Source: Marsupella aquatica (Eukaryota > Plantae > Marchantiophyta). From it: 64,000 nt of DNA. The position numbers and the translations under genes are program-made. Positions 49,132-61,900 of this stretch are shown here, one piece after another. Under the pieces are notes generated by a model. It worked only from the letters and a program-made list of their open reading frames with translations, had not been told where the DNA came from and searched no databases. The stretch spans positions 16,728,754-16,792,753 of the forward strand of contig OZ316896.1 in the NCBI GenBank assembly GCA_973895155.1. Direction: 5' to 3'. Each line of letters opens with the position of its first letter. Position 1 is the first letter of the stretch.

Positions 49132-50922
49132 ATGATGAAAGCAATGGTCGTCACACGAGCTACCCATCTACCCTGCGAACTCTCCACGCCGCCTGCCTCA
49201 TCCACCTGCTCCTGCTCCTCCAGGTTTCGGAACCGGTATCGATCATCTCCAGGATTTAGTGCTGGAGGAGCATTCCCAAAATCATTCTGCCGAATGCCCG
49301 TCAGAGTTGGAGAGCAAACTCGAGCGAGGTTTGCAGGTTCGGGCGTGATTCGGACAGTGCCAATGGCGAACTTGGATTCAGAGTCGTTTGGCAGCAACGG
49401 ACAGAAGAGGGGTGGTCAGGTTCAGCGAGATTTTTCGGCTCTGGATACCGGTCGATCGACGGAACCTCTGCTTCCGAGGGAGGAGGGGGAAGTGGCGAAG
49501 AAGGTAGTGCCCGGTGATGATTACAATTTGAGCGCAATCTTCTTACCATTTTTGTTCCCCGCTCTCGGGGGGCTGTTGTTCGGATATGACATCGGTGCGA
49601 CGTCTGGGGCTGTTCTTTCTCTGACTTCACCAGAACTTAGTGGTACATCGTGGTCTGATATCTCACCAATTGCAACCGGTATTGTGGTGAGTGGATCCCT
49701 CTATGGTGCCCTGGCAGGGTCTATCCTGGCGTTCAACATTGCAGATGGTCTAGGTCGGCGAAGGGAGCTTATAGTAGCTGCTCTCATTTATATCCTGGGA
49801 GCTAGCGTGACATCTCTAGCACCGAACCTCGTTCTCCTCATTGTAGGAAGATTGACCTATGGAGTCGCCATTGGCCTGGCCATGCATGCAGCTCCCCTGT
49901 ATATTTCCGAGACTGCTCCACCCCAGATTCGGGGGACAATGGTTTCCTTGAAAGAAGGTTTCATTGTGATTGGAATCTTGCTCGGGTACCTTGTTGGCAG
50001 CTTGGAGATTGAGGCTTTGGGAGGCTGGCGAGTGATGTATGGATTGGGAGCTCCGATTGCTCTACTTATGGCACTGGGAGTGTGGTGGCTACCAGCATCA
50101 CCACGGTGGTTACTTCTGCAAGCAGTGCAAGGAAAAACTAACCTGGAAGAGGCCAAAAAAAACGCCAGAGCTGCATTCCAGAAGTTGAGAGGGCCAAAAG
50201 TCTCGGAGTCTAAGATTGAGGCAGAGTTGAAGGAAACTGAGGAATCTGTAGAAGCGGCTTGTGGAGGACAGGATGAAGTTTCCTTCGCTGAAATTTTCAA
50301 AGGAAAGTTGAATCGGAAGGCTTTTATCATAGGCGGGGGTCTGGTTTTCCTTCAGCAGGTCACTGGCCAGCCAAGTGTCCTCTACTACGCTGCCCAAATA
50401 CTTCAGACAGCAGGTTTCTCAGCTGCCGCTGACGCCACAAAAGTTGCTGTCTTTCTCGGGTTCTTCAAGCTCCTAGCAACAGGAGTGGCCATACTCTACG
50501 TAGACAAGGCCGGCAGGCGGCCCTTGTTGATAATTGGTGTCTCAGGAATCATTGCAAGTCTCTTGGGTTTGGCAGCATACTACTCGTTTGCCTCTGGGGT
50601 TCCAATTCTGGCAGTTTGTGCATTGCTGTGCTATGTTGGGTCATACCAGATCTCGTTCGGCCCTATTTCATGGCTGATGGTGTCTGAAGTTTTTCCCCTA
50701 CGCATTCGGGGGCGTGCCGTGAGTTTGACCACTCTCTTAAACTTTGCTGCAAATGCTCTTGTGGCATTTGCATTTGCCCCACTTCAGGATGTGGTGGGTG
50801 CCGCAGCCACATTCCTGATCTTCGGAGTGATAGCGGTGTTCGCCTTCGTGTTTGTCATCACCACTGTTCCTGAAACCAAGGGCTTAACTTTAGAGGAGAT
50901 TGAGGAGAAGCTTTGCAAGTAG
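49132..50922 (+). CDS. MFS sugar porter, D-xylose-proton symporter-like 3 / plastid sugar transporter (pSuT/VGT3-like), single exon, 596 aa
   Basis: Transit-peptide-like N terminus; LPFLFPALGGLLFGYDIGATSGA, DGLGRRRELI, MHAAPLYISETAP, QQVTGQPSVLYYA, YQISFGPISWLMVSEVFP and VPETKG motifs. Confidence 0.93.
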   Translation: MMKAMVVTRATHLPCELSTPPASSTCSCSSRFRNRYRSSPGFSAGGAFPKSFCRMPVRVGEQTRARFAGSGVIRTVPMANLDSESFGSNGQKRGGQVQRDFSALDTGRSTEPLLPREEGEVAKKVVPGDDYNLSAIFLPFLFPALGGLLFGYDIGATSGAVLSLTSPELSGTSWSDISPIATGIVVSGSLYGALAGSILAFNIADGLGRRRELIVAALIYILGASVTSLAPNLVLLIVGRLTYGVAIGLAMHAAPLYISETAPPQIRGTMVSLKEGFIVIGILLGYLVGSLEIEALGGWRVMYGLGAPIALLMALGVWWLPASPRWLLLQAVQGKTNLEEAKKNARAAFQKLRGPKVSESKIEAELKETEESVEAACGGQDEVSFAEIFKGKLNRKAFIIGGGLVFLQQVTGQPSVLYYAAQILQTAGFSAAADATKVAVFLGFFKLLATGVAILYVDKAGRRPLLIIGVSGIIASLLGLAAYYSFASGVPILAVCALLCYVGSYQISFGPISWLMVSEVFPLRIRGRAVSLTTLLNFAANALVAFAFAPLQDVVGAAATFLIFGVIAVFAFVFVITTVPETKGLTLEEIEEKLCK

Positions 50923-51751
50923 GCTGTTTATGCAACAGTTTGTAGAATATGATGAAATTAGATAGTTGAAAATGTAAACTTGAGTATGCTTCACTTTGAT
51001 CTGTCAAGTAGAGGTCAGGTGACAGAAATCATGCCATGTAGACAATATGCATTTTTTGGGTTCGCAGAGAGGCTCAGGACCGACATGAGCGGGAAAAATG
51101 ATACTGTACATACGACATGGAAAATTTATACGTTTGCGCCAAATCCTGGATTAGAATCACAGGTTGATCGTTGCCGATCAAGGACTCTTGATTGGCTGGC
51201 TAATTTGAGCTGGCTGCCCACATGTGTACTCATTGCTTCATTCCATGAGATCGGCCGGCTACTCCTAGATAGATACCGCCCACATGTTTACACGTTCGTT
51301 CATTCGATGAGCAACTGATGATTCTAAGAGAGTTTCCAATGGCGTCAGAATTCTAATGGCATGCGTTAATATATGGCGCATTTCCTGGACTACTTCTAAG
51401 TCGTCTTCCTCCTGTTGGATTCACGCTGAGCTCAATTGAAATGCAAGAGTTCAATGTTTGTGTGTTCAACAAAATTTATGTTAATTGGTACGGAAGCACA
51501 CTACAGTGATTCAGTTTGTGCTTTTCACAGAATCCATGTTATTGGTATGGAAGATGATCGATTGCCACAAATGATGACAAAAGCAAAGAGGTGCGAAAGG
51601 CACGATTTTGGTGTCACAAATCACATGTATAAGTTGGGAGAGAGGAGGACCAGGTATGGTTTAGGTTTAAGGCAGGTGGATGTTACGAAGATGGGGGAGA
51701 AACAAAGGAAAAGATTTGAGTTCGAAAGATAGAGAGGGGAGGCGAAGATGA

Positions 51752-52050
51752 AAAATTGGGACGACCAGGCAAGAGAGTTGAAAGGAAATTCTTGGGGTCC
51801 TTGGGGGTTCTTGGGTGGTTTTTGGTGCTGCGGGTTCAGGTCTTCCTTTCCTTTTGGTCCCTTGGATTGTTTCGCTGTGCCTGGCTAGTATTTGTGGGTT
51901 GCGAAAATGCAAAAATGGGACGACAAGGCAAGAGAGTTGAAAAGAAAATTATTGGGGACTCTGGGGTTGTTGGTTTGTCGGTGCAGCGGCTTGAGGTCTT
52001 CTTCCCTTTTGGTGCCTTGGATTGTTTTCCCTCTGCGTTGCTGGTTTTTG
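51752..52050. repeat. ~160-bp imperfect tandem duplication
   Basis: TGGGACGAC(C/A)AGGCAAGAGAGTTGAAA...CCTTTTGGT(C/G)CCTTGGATTGTTT x2. Confidence 0.85.
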
Positions 52051-53189
52051 TCCATTTCTTGGGTGGTTTGTTGGTGATGTGGCTTCCTGTCTTTCTTCGT
52101 TTTGTCCCTTGTTGTTTTCCCTTTGCCTTGCGAGTTTACTGCGACTGCCGTAGAATTCAAAAAACCAGTTTCAATGCTAATGGTGGACTGATTGGGTTTT
52201 TCTCTAATGAACTTGTGAGGAATTGAGAAGAAGGTGCACTGTTGGCAGCCAACAGTTGTTTGCACTGGGTTTGTCTGGTCATCTGACTTACGCTCAACAA
52301 CACTTCCACTCGCTCAACAACACTTCCACTCAACCTCAGTTGCTATTGACACCACTATGCAACACATGGGCACTGGGCTAATACCCGATAAATACAAAGA
52401 TTAGTATCTGGTCTTATATTTGGCAATTCTGAAAGGCCCTAAAGAATGGAGTTGAGCTAGACTAAACAATCAGTGAGAAGAATAAGAAACCATTGTGGAT
52501 TGGGAACTCCATGAGTGAACTTCAGAATTTAGTTTTAGACAGACAGTCTTAGGGATAACTCGGGTAAGAATAATGCTTGTTTCTGGTCCTGGGTTGATCT
52601 ATCTTATGAATAAATTGCAAAGAGAAGTTAGAGTTGGGTCTAGGCTTCTAGAGTGAAGCCTCTAGACTCTGACTCTAGGGCCCCACCAAGATTGATATGG
52701 AAAGATGGATGAATATAAGTCAAAATCATAATTATCATACATGATGATTTTTGTCATCATTTCTATTAACATTCAAAGATTGGACATTCACTCTAGAAAG
52801 TGTATAATCAAAAGTTACTCATTGGGTCTACTCTCTAGAGTGCCTCTAGATCATGACTATGACTAAGAAAATACCTGAAAGTGAAGGTTCAAAGAGGGAT
52901 GGGGATAAAAATGAACTGGAAATAGCAAGGAACCTTTTGTCTGCACAAAGTGTTCTTTGTACTCATCTCTATTTACATTCAAGACACTCTAACCAGGCTA
53001 CATTAATCAATATCCCATCTCACTAAGGGTATTGTCCCATTGTATGCATGAAAATCTGTGTGCTTTTCATAGAGATTAGGAGTACAAAATTCAAAAGATT
53101 CACATTTGCACAATCTCAAGGTACCATGATTCTTCTTTCTCGATAAGCCATGAGTGCTCATCCAGAAATTCATCAGAAAGAGGAGGCCT

Positions 53190-55880
53190 CTAAGTTGGAC
53201 TACATCCTGCTCAAATTAGACCTCACCAACTGAGGCCTTTGATAAGCTGGACTGGCACTTTTTGTTGACACTAATGGGGAAGGTGGGATTGGACGGGCTG
53301 CTCACGCAATTCATAAGGGCCACACACGCTTCTGCCTCCTCAGCTGTTTAGCTCAATGGGAGGATGGCAGCTCCGTTTGTCCTAGCCTGATCTGTCAGGC
53401 AAGGATGCCCCCTGTCCCCTCTACTCTTTCTAATTGCCATGGATGCCCTTGGTCATATAATCCATTGGGAAGTTAGCAGGGGCCATATCCAGGGAGTTAA
53501 CATCCAGGATGTGGCAGTGCACAACGTTCACAATCTCTATGCTGATGATCTTGCCATGCTTATCCGGGCGGTGGTGGAAATTGTTGAGCATTGCAAACGT
53601 GTGCTGGACCTTTTTGGCATGGCTTCTGGTCTCTTTTGCAGCTGGGAGAAAACCAAAGCAGCTTTTATCTCCCCACGTCGCATTCCAATTGAATTCAGGC
53701 AGCTCCCATGGAAATGGGAGACTGAGGCCAATGCCACTAAACTTCTTGGCATCCCAATTGCTCAGGGCATCTCAGAATCACAAATGGTCTCAATTCTGTC
53801 TGAGAAGCTTGAGTCTAGGTTGGACAGTGTCCAAAAGAGCTCTGGATCTCTCATTGCGCGGGTTACGGTTGCTAATCATTTGGTTATGAGCACATTGTGG
53901 TTCACGTTAACTGTGTGGGCTGGACAGCAAAGCACATTGGATGCCCTGCAAAAGAAGACCACTGCTTTCATGTGGGCAGGACAGAATTCGAAGGCCAGAT
54001 CCAGGGTTGATTTTGCCACCATCACTCGACCAAGGAAATTCGGGGGACTCGGGCTGATCTCACTTGCATCTCAATTCAGGGCGTTGACGGGAAACTTCAT
54101 TGTCTGGGCACTTGCTGAGGGGGACCACCCCCTCCGAAGGATCCTTCAACATGAGATTCGTCTGCTTTCACAGCAGAAATGAGGGGCAGATGATTTTGCT
54201 TGGGTTTTCTCACAGCATACACTTCCAAGGAGTGGATCCAGGGTCTGGGCTAACGTGTGCACAAGGTGGAACGTTATTAAAAAGAACTTGAGACCGTCCC
54301 CCCTGGCCACATGGAGGGATGGAGAGCCCTGCCTCTCTGGCACCCGCACCTCAACCACATCAACAGCAGCCACACAAAAGTCAAAGCAATCCTTAGAGGA
54401 AGATCAAGAGAGCTGGATTTCTGTTCACAGGGGACGTCTTGGCCATTGATGGTCAGTTTACCAGATGGGAAGATGGACCATGTGATGTACTACCTGGGAA
54501 GTGTGTTGTGGCCTATAGGAAGCTGGTTGCTAATCTTCGTAGTGTACTAGAACCATTGGGATCCTGAACAAGGGATTCAAGTTTTCATCTTGGGGGGGTC
54601 ACTATATGAAGGGTCATACATCACGTGCGACGGTTTGGGTCATTTATGACCCCCCTAAGTCACTTTCTAGAAAGTTGTACGACACCAATCATGTGATGAC
54701 ACGTATGCATTTTGCAATTAAACAACCCTATATTTCCATAGAAAACTTAATAAGTCTTCCGCCAAAACCATTTAAATGGCCCTATACTTCGTCGCACATG
54801 ATATGCCACTTCCATGGAAGTGACCCCCCCGAGGTTTTCATGGAAGCTGCCCTTCCTGACCGGACCCTACGCATTTGGGAATGCAGGATACCACGGAAAC
54901 TCCTCACATCCCAGTGGCAGCAATTCAACAACATTGCATCCCCTAGGTGAACTTTCAGGGTCATCAACGAGATACTGTGCAAATTGGACAACACACCGCC
55001 TCCTGTCAGAACTTTATTGCACAGGGTGATCGTGCGAACATGGGGCGCTACGACAACTACATTCATGCAACGCATCGGGAGACTAGGGGGAATGTTGACG
55101 CCACTACTGCTGTATGAATGGAAGGATGGCCGGCCATTCATGGAGACCACCACAGCCCACTTAAGAGAAATGCAGGGACCCTCCCCTGTCACCTTACACC
55201 AGGCAATGCATAAGTGGGCAACCAGGTTACAGTGGAGACCAAATCCCCCTGAGATGTGGACTGATCTATGGATGCCTTTTAGGGCTGCTAATGAGAACTG
55301 CTTCTTGTGGCAGCTGCTCTATAGAATTCCAGCCACCCAACACTGGAGATTTCCAAAATTACCGCCTATGGATGATACCACCTGGTGCACCAAATGTGAT
55401 CTGCATCAACAAGAAGATATTATTCATTGCATTTGGGATTGTCCTTGTTCTCAAATTGTTTGGAGGTGGGTGAATCACCTCTTGATGGTGTGCTCCTTCT
55501 CCAGGGGGAACCTTGTACAACTCCAACCTGCACATGTCTTCGTGGGAGCGGAACTACCTGAGGAATGGGACATACCTAAGAAGCTGTGGCATATTCTTAG
55601 AGCTGTAATCTGCTGGAATGTATGGAAAGACCGCAATCTGCACTTCCTTGAGCACACACACCCCAATCCACAAAGGGTTATTAGGAAATCATGGCACAGA
55701 ATTGGAATATACATCCGACGAGACTGGGCACATCACCGTGCCAAAATCAGGTCTGGGAAGCTCACATTTGGAGGTGCTCATCGTGAGATGTCCCACTACT
55801 TTGGTACTTGGGCAGGCCTTTGGGACATTCATGAAGAAACCCTGCAGGTCCCACCTGTCCCCCATGTCCCCCATGAATTC
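53190..55880 (+). mobile_element. 5'-truncated, decayed L1-clade LINE (RT + zf-RVT)
   Basis: LLKLDL...AFDKLDW, SVRQGCPLSPLLF, NLYADD, KFGGLG and CTKCDLHQQEDIIHCIWDC; several stops and frameshifts; boundaries approximate. Confidence 0.88.
54589..54833. mobile_element. 245-bp MITE with 8-bp TSD, inserted in the LINE
   Basis: TIRs CTTGGGGGGGTCACT... / ...AGTGACCCCCCCGAG (imperfect to ~45 bp); TSD GTTTTCAT at 54581-54588 and 54834-54841. Confidence 0.9.
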
Positions 55881-55957
55881 CTCTGGGATCAGGTTATGGA
55901 GTTGCACTACAGGCAGACTGATGGGATTTTTACCTTATCACAGATCCACTCATGGGA

Positions 55958-56300
55958 GGTGCATTGCAAGATTGAGGACTACCATTTTTCTCCTTTTTTC
56001 TCCATAAAAAGGACTTGAGTCCTTGCCATTCTGCATTAAATGTGCCATATATCCCTTGATGGCTAGGATTAAGTAGTTGAGATTGAAAGGTGAGATCTTG
56101 CATGCCAAGTCTTTTGGAAGTGTGTCCACACTTTTCGGAAGTCCTTACCTCTTGGAAGTGTGCCCAACATTTGTGGAAGTGTGTCATAAAGCCTTTTTTA
56201 CCTAAGATGTGCTAATCTTGGCCGTTGGCAGTCCTTTACATTAGTGAAAGGACTGGAGACTTTTTGCCTCCTTTGGTAGTCCTCAATCTTGCAATGCACC
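55958..56300. mobile_element. 343-bp MITE with perfect 27-bp TIRs and apparent 4-bp TSD
   Basis: GGTGCATTGCAAGATTGAGGACTACCA (55958-55984) and its exact reverse complement (56274-56300); GGGA on both sides. Confidence 0.88.
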
Positions 56301-56707
56301 GGGAACCATGCCGGAACCCGAGCACTGGCCGGTCTTATAGGAGTGTGCTACTCTCACCGTAGTCTCTAAATTGCTTGTTTAGTTGCCCTTTCCGGGGTTC
56401 AGCTCCTCACCTGGTACCGGCCTCCCCAGTCACCTGGTACCGGCCTCCCCAGTTTTTAGCGAGTCGACCTTATGGTCCTGTGGGTTGATGTCCCTTTTTG
56501 GGCCCCCTTTCTGTATATTGGCTATTTGAATGGAATTCATTTGGTTCTTGCAAGGATAAAAAAATAAAAGTTTAGAATTCTCCTCTCCAGGCAGCGTTGA
56601 TAGAAAATCTGAGTTTTTGTGTTTCTTGCCATAGACCAAACCTCCGCCACAAACTCATGTTCCTGAAAAAATGGGACCCATCTAAATACTCTCCCTCAAA
56701 AATCAGC

Positions 56708-56790
56708 TTGGTTGACCAATTACTTCAAGGGTGAATGGTCAGTGTGGAAAACAACATTGTAATCTAGCAGGTAACGTTGGAATTCTCTTG
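56708..56790 (-). mobile_element. Short Ty3/gypsy RNase H-like fragment
   Basis: REFQRYLLDYNVVFHTDHSPLK*LVNQ resembles the gypsy FRHYL...TDHxxL motif. Confidence 0.5.
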
Positions 56791-57173
56791 TGTGTGCCCG
56801 CCGATTAGACTGAGACTTCTTGTGTGAAGATTCGCTTGAAGCAAGAGTCCGTGGTGGCTCTAGAATTGGCCTCCACTGTTCCACACGGAGTTCAATTGTA
56901 CTCTGCATGACGATAGATGCAGAATTCCAGTTCTTAATAAAGAATGATTGAAATGGCTAACATTCCTTGCCTTCTGTGGAATGTCACTTGAGCAGCACAG
57001 TCATCGGTGATGACACCTTCTGCAGCCTCTGCTACTAGTGAATCTAGTGCTAGCGCTTGCGCTCCCATGGTGAAGAAAACTCGTCCATCTTCTTCGTTGG
57101 GGATAGGGATCTCTACTGTAGACAACATACTGGTAGAGCTACACTTCGTTTCTGCCAATATCTGAAGACGGAT

Positions 57174-58390
57174 TGTTGAGCATAGACGACGATCGCAACG
57201 GCAAGCCCATGAACCATCCAACGCACAATAGTCGACACAAGAGATACGTGGTTCACCTCCTTGATGACATGCTAATTGATCAACATTCGTTGTTGACAAG
57301 GTACCATTTTTTTCTCTTTGAAAAACTGATTCGAAATTGGCTATGGCAATTGAGAGAAATCTGTCATCTTTACCAATTTTTTTCTCCCTCGTTCTTTCCT
57401 CGTTTTGGGTGCTTCTTATATCGATCTTCATTGCCTCGGAGTCTAGTTTCCAAATCTGAAATCGGATCTTGATTTCGTCAAAACCCGAGTGAGATATCTT
57501 GCGTTTGGTGTCGAGGGGTACATTCTGCCGTGTGTATTTTCTGCGCGCGCGACCAGATTTCGACGACGAAGGGTGGTAGGGGGTTTTGGGGGTTCGAGGA
57601 CACATGTCAGCCCCTCGATTGTTCTTCCAAAATTCCCACAGGGCCTGTACAAGGGTCATAGAATATTCCAAAAAACCAGAGAGCTATTTTTTTACCGTCC
57701 GACAAAGATTTCATCCGCCGAACGGTAACTTTTTTGGTTATTTTTCGGCGAGGTCGTAGCCATTGAAGTTGGCAATGCAGCGCACCAATCACATCGCAAT
57801 TCCGACAACGGGTTGTACTTGGTATTTCGGTTATTCCCTGAGGTGGTCAAAACGGGGGAGTTTCCCAAGGTTTTACCCACCTCGACCGAAATTTGAATAA
57901 CTTTTCCGTCAAATTTCGATTTTGATTTCGGTTTTCAGTATTGGACTCCTAGCTTTGTGGGCTACGCGGCGGTGTTGAGTTTTGAGTTTTTTGAGAAGTC
58001 GTGAAAAACAACATTTTTTGTGACTTTCTCATATGAGTGATTCGGAGGAGTTTTTTCGAAGACGTGGAACTTGAAGCACGAGGATCACCGCGGAGGTTTC
58101 AGGGGCAGAGAGAGGAGCAGGAGGAAGAGCACGTGACACCGATACCATCACCGGTGCGGCGTGTGGTGGAGGAAGCAGTACTACTACCGGAGCTCACGGT
58201 AAAGAAGAAGATAGGGAGAGCTTACACTGTGGAGACTCGGTATAGCCGACGGGCTTAGAGTTCAGTAAAGTTCTCTTGTGTGTTCCCGTGGACGTAGCCT
58301 CAAGGAGGTGAACCACGTATCTCTTGTGTCGACTATTGTGCGTTGGATGGTTCATGGGCTTGCCGTTGCGATCGTCGTCTATGCTCAACA
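57174..58390. mobile_element. LTR-like insertion with 91-bp perfect terminal inverted repeats and 5-bp TSD
   Basis: 57174-57264 is the exact reverse complement of 58300-58390; termini TGTTGAG...CTCAACA; CGGAT at 57169-57173 and 58391-58395; internal TGTTGA at 57291. Confidence 0.85.
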
Positions 58391-58622
58391 CGGATGAGCA
58401 CGAATTGACAGAGTGCTCTAAACGAAGAAAATCTGAAAGCATGAAGCTCTCACGACAATGCTCCCTTCAGTATTGTATCGGTTTTTCATCTGCATATTTT
58501 CCAAATGAAGCAGTTTGTGTTCGGCAACCTTCATCACGTCGGTAGGGAAATCTGTGGTGCGATAAAGCAACAATCTCGAACTGGTCACGCTGGATTGGGT
58601 TTAATTTGATGATTGTTGATAG

Positions 58623-58880
58623 TGTTAACGTTACGTCCGAACTCTATTTCTGTGCTCTCCTCATTACTCTGATAGTACACTTCTGTTAATACATTCTTAC
58701 CTAACCTCACTTAGTGATTTAATTACATTCGTTAGATCTAGGGCTAATTAGTCCTACGGCCAGATTTGGCCCACAGTTTAGTTAGCGCTGTGCCATCCCT
58801 TTCCACTGTATATAGTTGTCCCCTGTCGGGATCTCTGTGTTCAATTCATTCTTTTCAATCAGTGAAGCTAATTTCTTTCT
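58623..58880 (+). repeat. Copia 5' LTR
   Basis: TGTTAACG...TTTCT; 6 differences from the 3' LTR by manual alignment. Confidence 0.95.
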
Positions 58881-58892
58881 TGGTATCAAAGC
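58881..58892 (+). other. Primer-binding site complementary to the 3' end of initiator tRNA-Met
   Basis: TGGTATCAAAGC versus the canonical TGGTATCAGAGC, directly after the 5' LTR. Confidence 0.88.
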
Positions 58893-58971
58893 AGGCCCGC
58901 ATCAATCCCCTGCTTAGTAGTGTGATTACTCTGTCGGTGAGCATCTCCCAATCAGTACAGGGTTACACACG

Positions 58972-61900
58972 ATGGGCTCTCAATCTGTCAGCACGCACAT
59001 TGAATCTTCTAAAGGTTACGGGTACACTGAATCTGAAAAGCTTGATGGGACCAAGAACTACATGATGTGGACATTCAAGGTGAAACGCATCATGAAGAGG
59101 GAGAAAATCTGGACTGAACTGATTGATCCAGAAAGCACTCCACCAACTTTATCAGCTGAGTAGCTTGCTGACAAACAAGAACGTGCACTGTACATCATCG
59201 TCAGCACGGTAAGGGACCACATTATTCCCTTAGTTAAAAAAATTGAGGATGACCCTCGAAAGCTATGGGTTGAATTAAAAACTAGATTTGAGTCAGTTGC
59301 ATTGGGAACTCAGCTGGTCCTACGTAAATGTCTGAACATGCTGCTTATGTCAGAAGGATCCTCTATTGAGGACTTTGTCAAGGAGATTGACTCCATCATT
59401 ATTCAACTTGTTGACACTGGAGATTCTGTGGAGGACAAAGAGTTGATACGCATCACTCTTAACGATCTGCCAGATAGTTGGCAGCCATTCATCACTTCGT
59501 TTGGCACTATTCTTCACCAAAACCCAAAAATTTCTTTTGGGGAGTTGGTCAGCCACATGCAAGCAGAAGAACTTCAGAGAACTCTCAGGAAACGCAACAC
59601 TGAAGAAGCCCTTGCAATGCAGTATAATAGTACCCACACCAACTACAACAATGACAATTACCGAGGCAAAGATAGAGGCCGTGGGAGAACTGGAGGTGGC
59701 AGAGGCAACTTAAAAAGTAAGGCATTTACTAACTCTGATGGTAGAAATCCTATTGCTTGCAATTTTTGTGGTTACGCAGGACATTGGGAAAGCAACTGTC
59801 TGAAAAAGATAGAAAATCAAATCAAAGACCTACAGTTGAAGCACTCTGACATCAAGAAAGGCAAGAGATACGCCAACGTTGCTGAAGTTGAGTTCCTTGG
59901 AGCAGAAGGCGATCTATCAACTGGAACTACGGCTGCCATAGAGCTCAACAATGTTGAAGTCAACCTCACAGAGTTCCACCGAGACCGTGATTGGCTGATT
60001 GATTCTGGAGCCAGCATGCATGTCAGCGGCAGTAGCTCTGCTCTTGATTCCTTTGCCCCATGCTCCACTCCTTCAAATGTGACGACCGCTTCTGGAACAC
60101 GAGTTCCAATAGCAGGCAAAGGATGTACTACATTTGGCAATAATAAAGTTGTCCGCAAAGTTTTGTATGTGCCTGGGTTAACTCGAAATCTTCTATCTGT
60201 GGGGCAATTAGCAGACCAGGGTCATGATGTCTTATTTAACTCCACACATTGCTATGTACTTGATAAAAAGGACTATAGCAAAGTCTTTCTTACAGCAGAG
60301 CGGGATAGATCCAGTAGCTTATACCGGTTGAATAGCTCTCTCAAGGGAAACTCAGATTTATGTACTGAGACGCACTTGTCGCTGATTGATGTGCCCCCAA
60401 CACTGACAAATCACAGACCTCAGCATCGACTCTTGACTGAAGCACCCATTGTGGACAAGGTTGTTCTCAACAGTTCAGAATTGCAGTTATGGCATCGTCG
60501 CTTGTGCCATGTGAACTTTCATCGGCTTCATTCAATGACAACTAAGCAGCTTGTTGTTGGAATGCCCTCTCTTCCACTTGAGAAACACGTTTGTGACTCC
60601 TGCATTCTTGCCAAGCAACATCGAGAACGTGCTCCATGCAAATCCGAGAGCCGTTCAAATCGCCCATTGCAGCTTACACACACCGATCTCTGTGGACCGT
60701 TCGAAATCTCAACCCTTCAGGGCTCTTGTTATCTTCTGACGTTCACAGATGATCACTCTCGATTCACTTGGACATACTTTCTTGTTGCCAAGAGTGAAAC
60801 ATTTGCAAAATTCAAGGAGTTCCAAGCCATGGTTGAGAACAAACTACACGCCAAAATCTCATGCCTTCACTCGGAGGGGAGGAGAGTATTTGTCAGCAGA
60901 ATTTAATCTCCATTGTGACCAGCACGACATTAGACGACAGCTCACTGCAGCACGTACTCCACATCAAAATGGTGTAGCTGAGAGAAAGAATCGCACTTTG
61001 CTGGAGGCAGCACGAAGCATTCAACTAGCAGGACACATCCCAGATTTTCTTTGGGATGAACTCATAAAAAATGCTACGTATACTCTCAACAGGTGTGAAA
61101 CTTCTTCTCTTCATCAATCCACACCTTTTCAGGCTCTGTGTGGATCTAAACCTGATGTTTCTCATCTTCGAGTTGCTGGATGTCTAGCCTATGTCCATAT
61201 CCCAAGACATCTAAGGCAAAAATTATCAGCTAAGTCTCTTAGAACTGTCTTTCTTGGATATGATGACAAAACCAAAGCATATAGATGCTTCGATCCTCTC
61301 CGACAAAAAATTTTAATCAGCAGAGACTTTGTATTCAATGAGGAAGTTATGCCTGATTCCAGTGTTCAAGTTGGCCATTGCATTGAGACGATTCTCTCCA
61401 CAGAATATCCTTTCTCAGATTCAAGTGACATCTTGCCTGGTCAACCCTCTACCGGGCCCTCTACTTCACTAGAATTTTCTGAGAACACCATTGACGATCT
61501 TCCGAATTCACTTACATCTGCTGAGTCCAGTCTCCCTATTGATTCGTCTCTGGATCCGGAGTCGTCTTCTTCACAAGAACTGACTTACGACCACTCAATT
61601 ATTTTCTCCTGAACCTGAAGTTGCACGCGACGACTTGCCTACTGAGTCTGTTAATACGTCACTGGATATCTCAGCTGAACCTCCAACACGCAGGTCTAGC
61701 AGAAGCAGAGCTCTCCCTGTCTACCTTAGGAAGGATTTCGTGCTTGGATATACACCCCGCAATCCTGACATCTATCTTGTTGACACATCTGACCCAGTTG
61801 ATGAGAACGTCACATTTGATCAAGCCATTCGTGACCCTGCATGGCATGCTTCTATGACTGAGGAATATCAGTCATTGCTTACTAATGACACATGGGATCT

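Noticed and set aside
56934-57671. 245-aa minus-strand ORF
   Set aside because: It crosses the insertion boundary at 57174, so it is a chimeric chance frame
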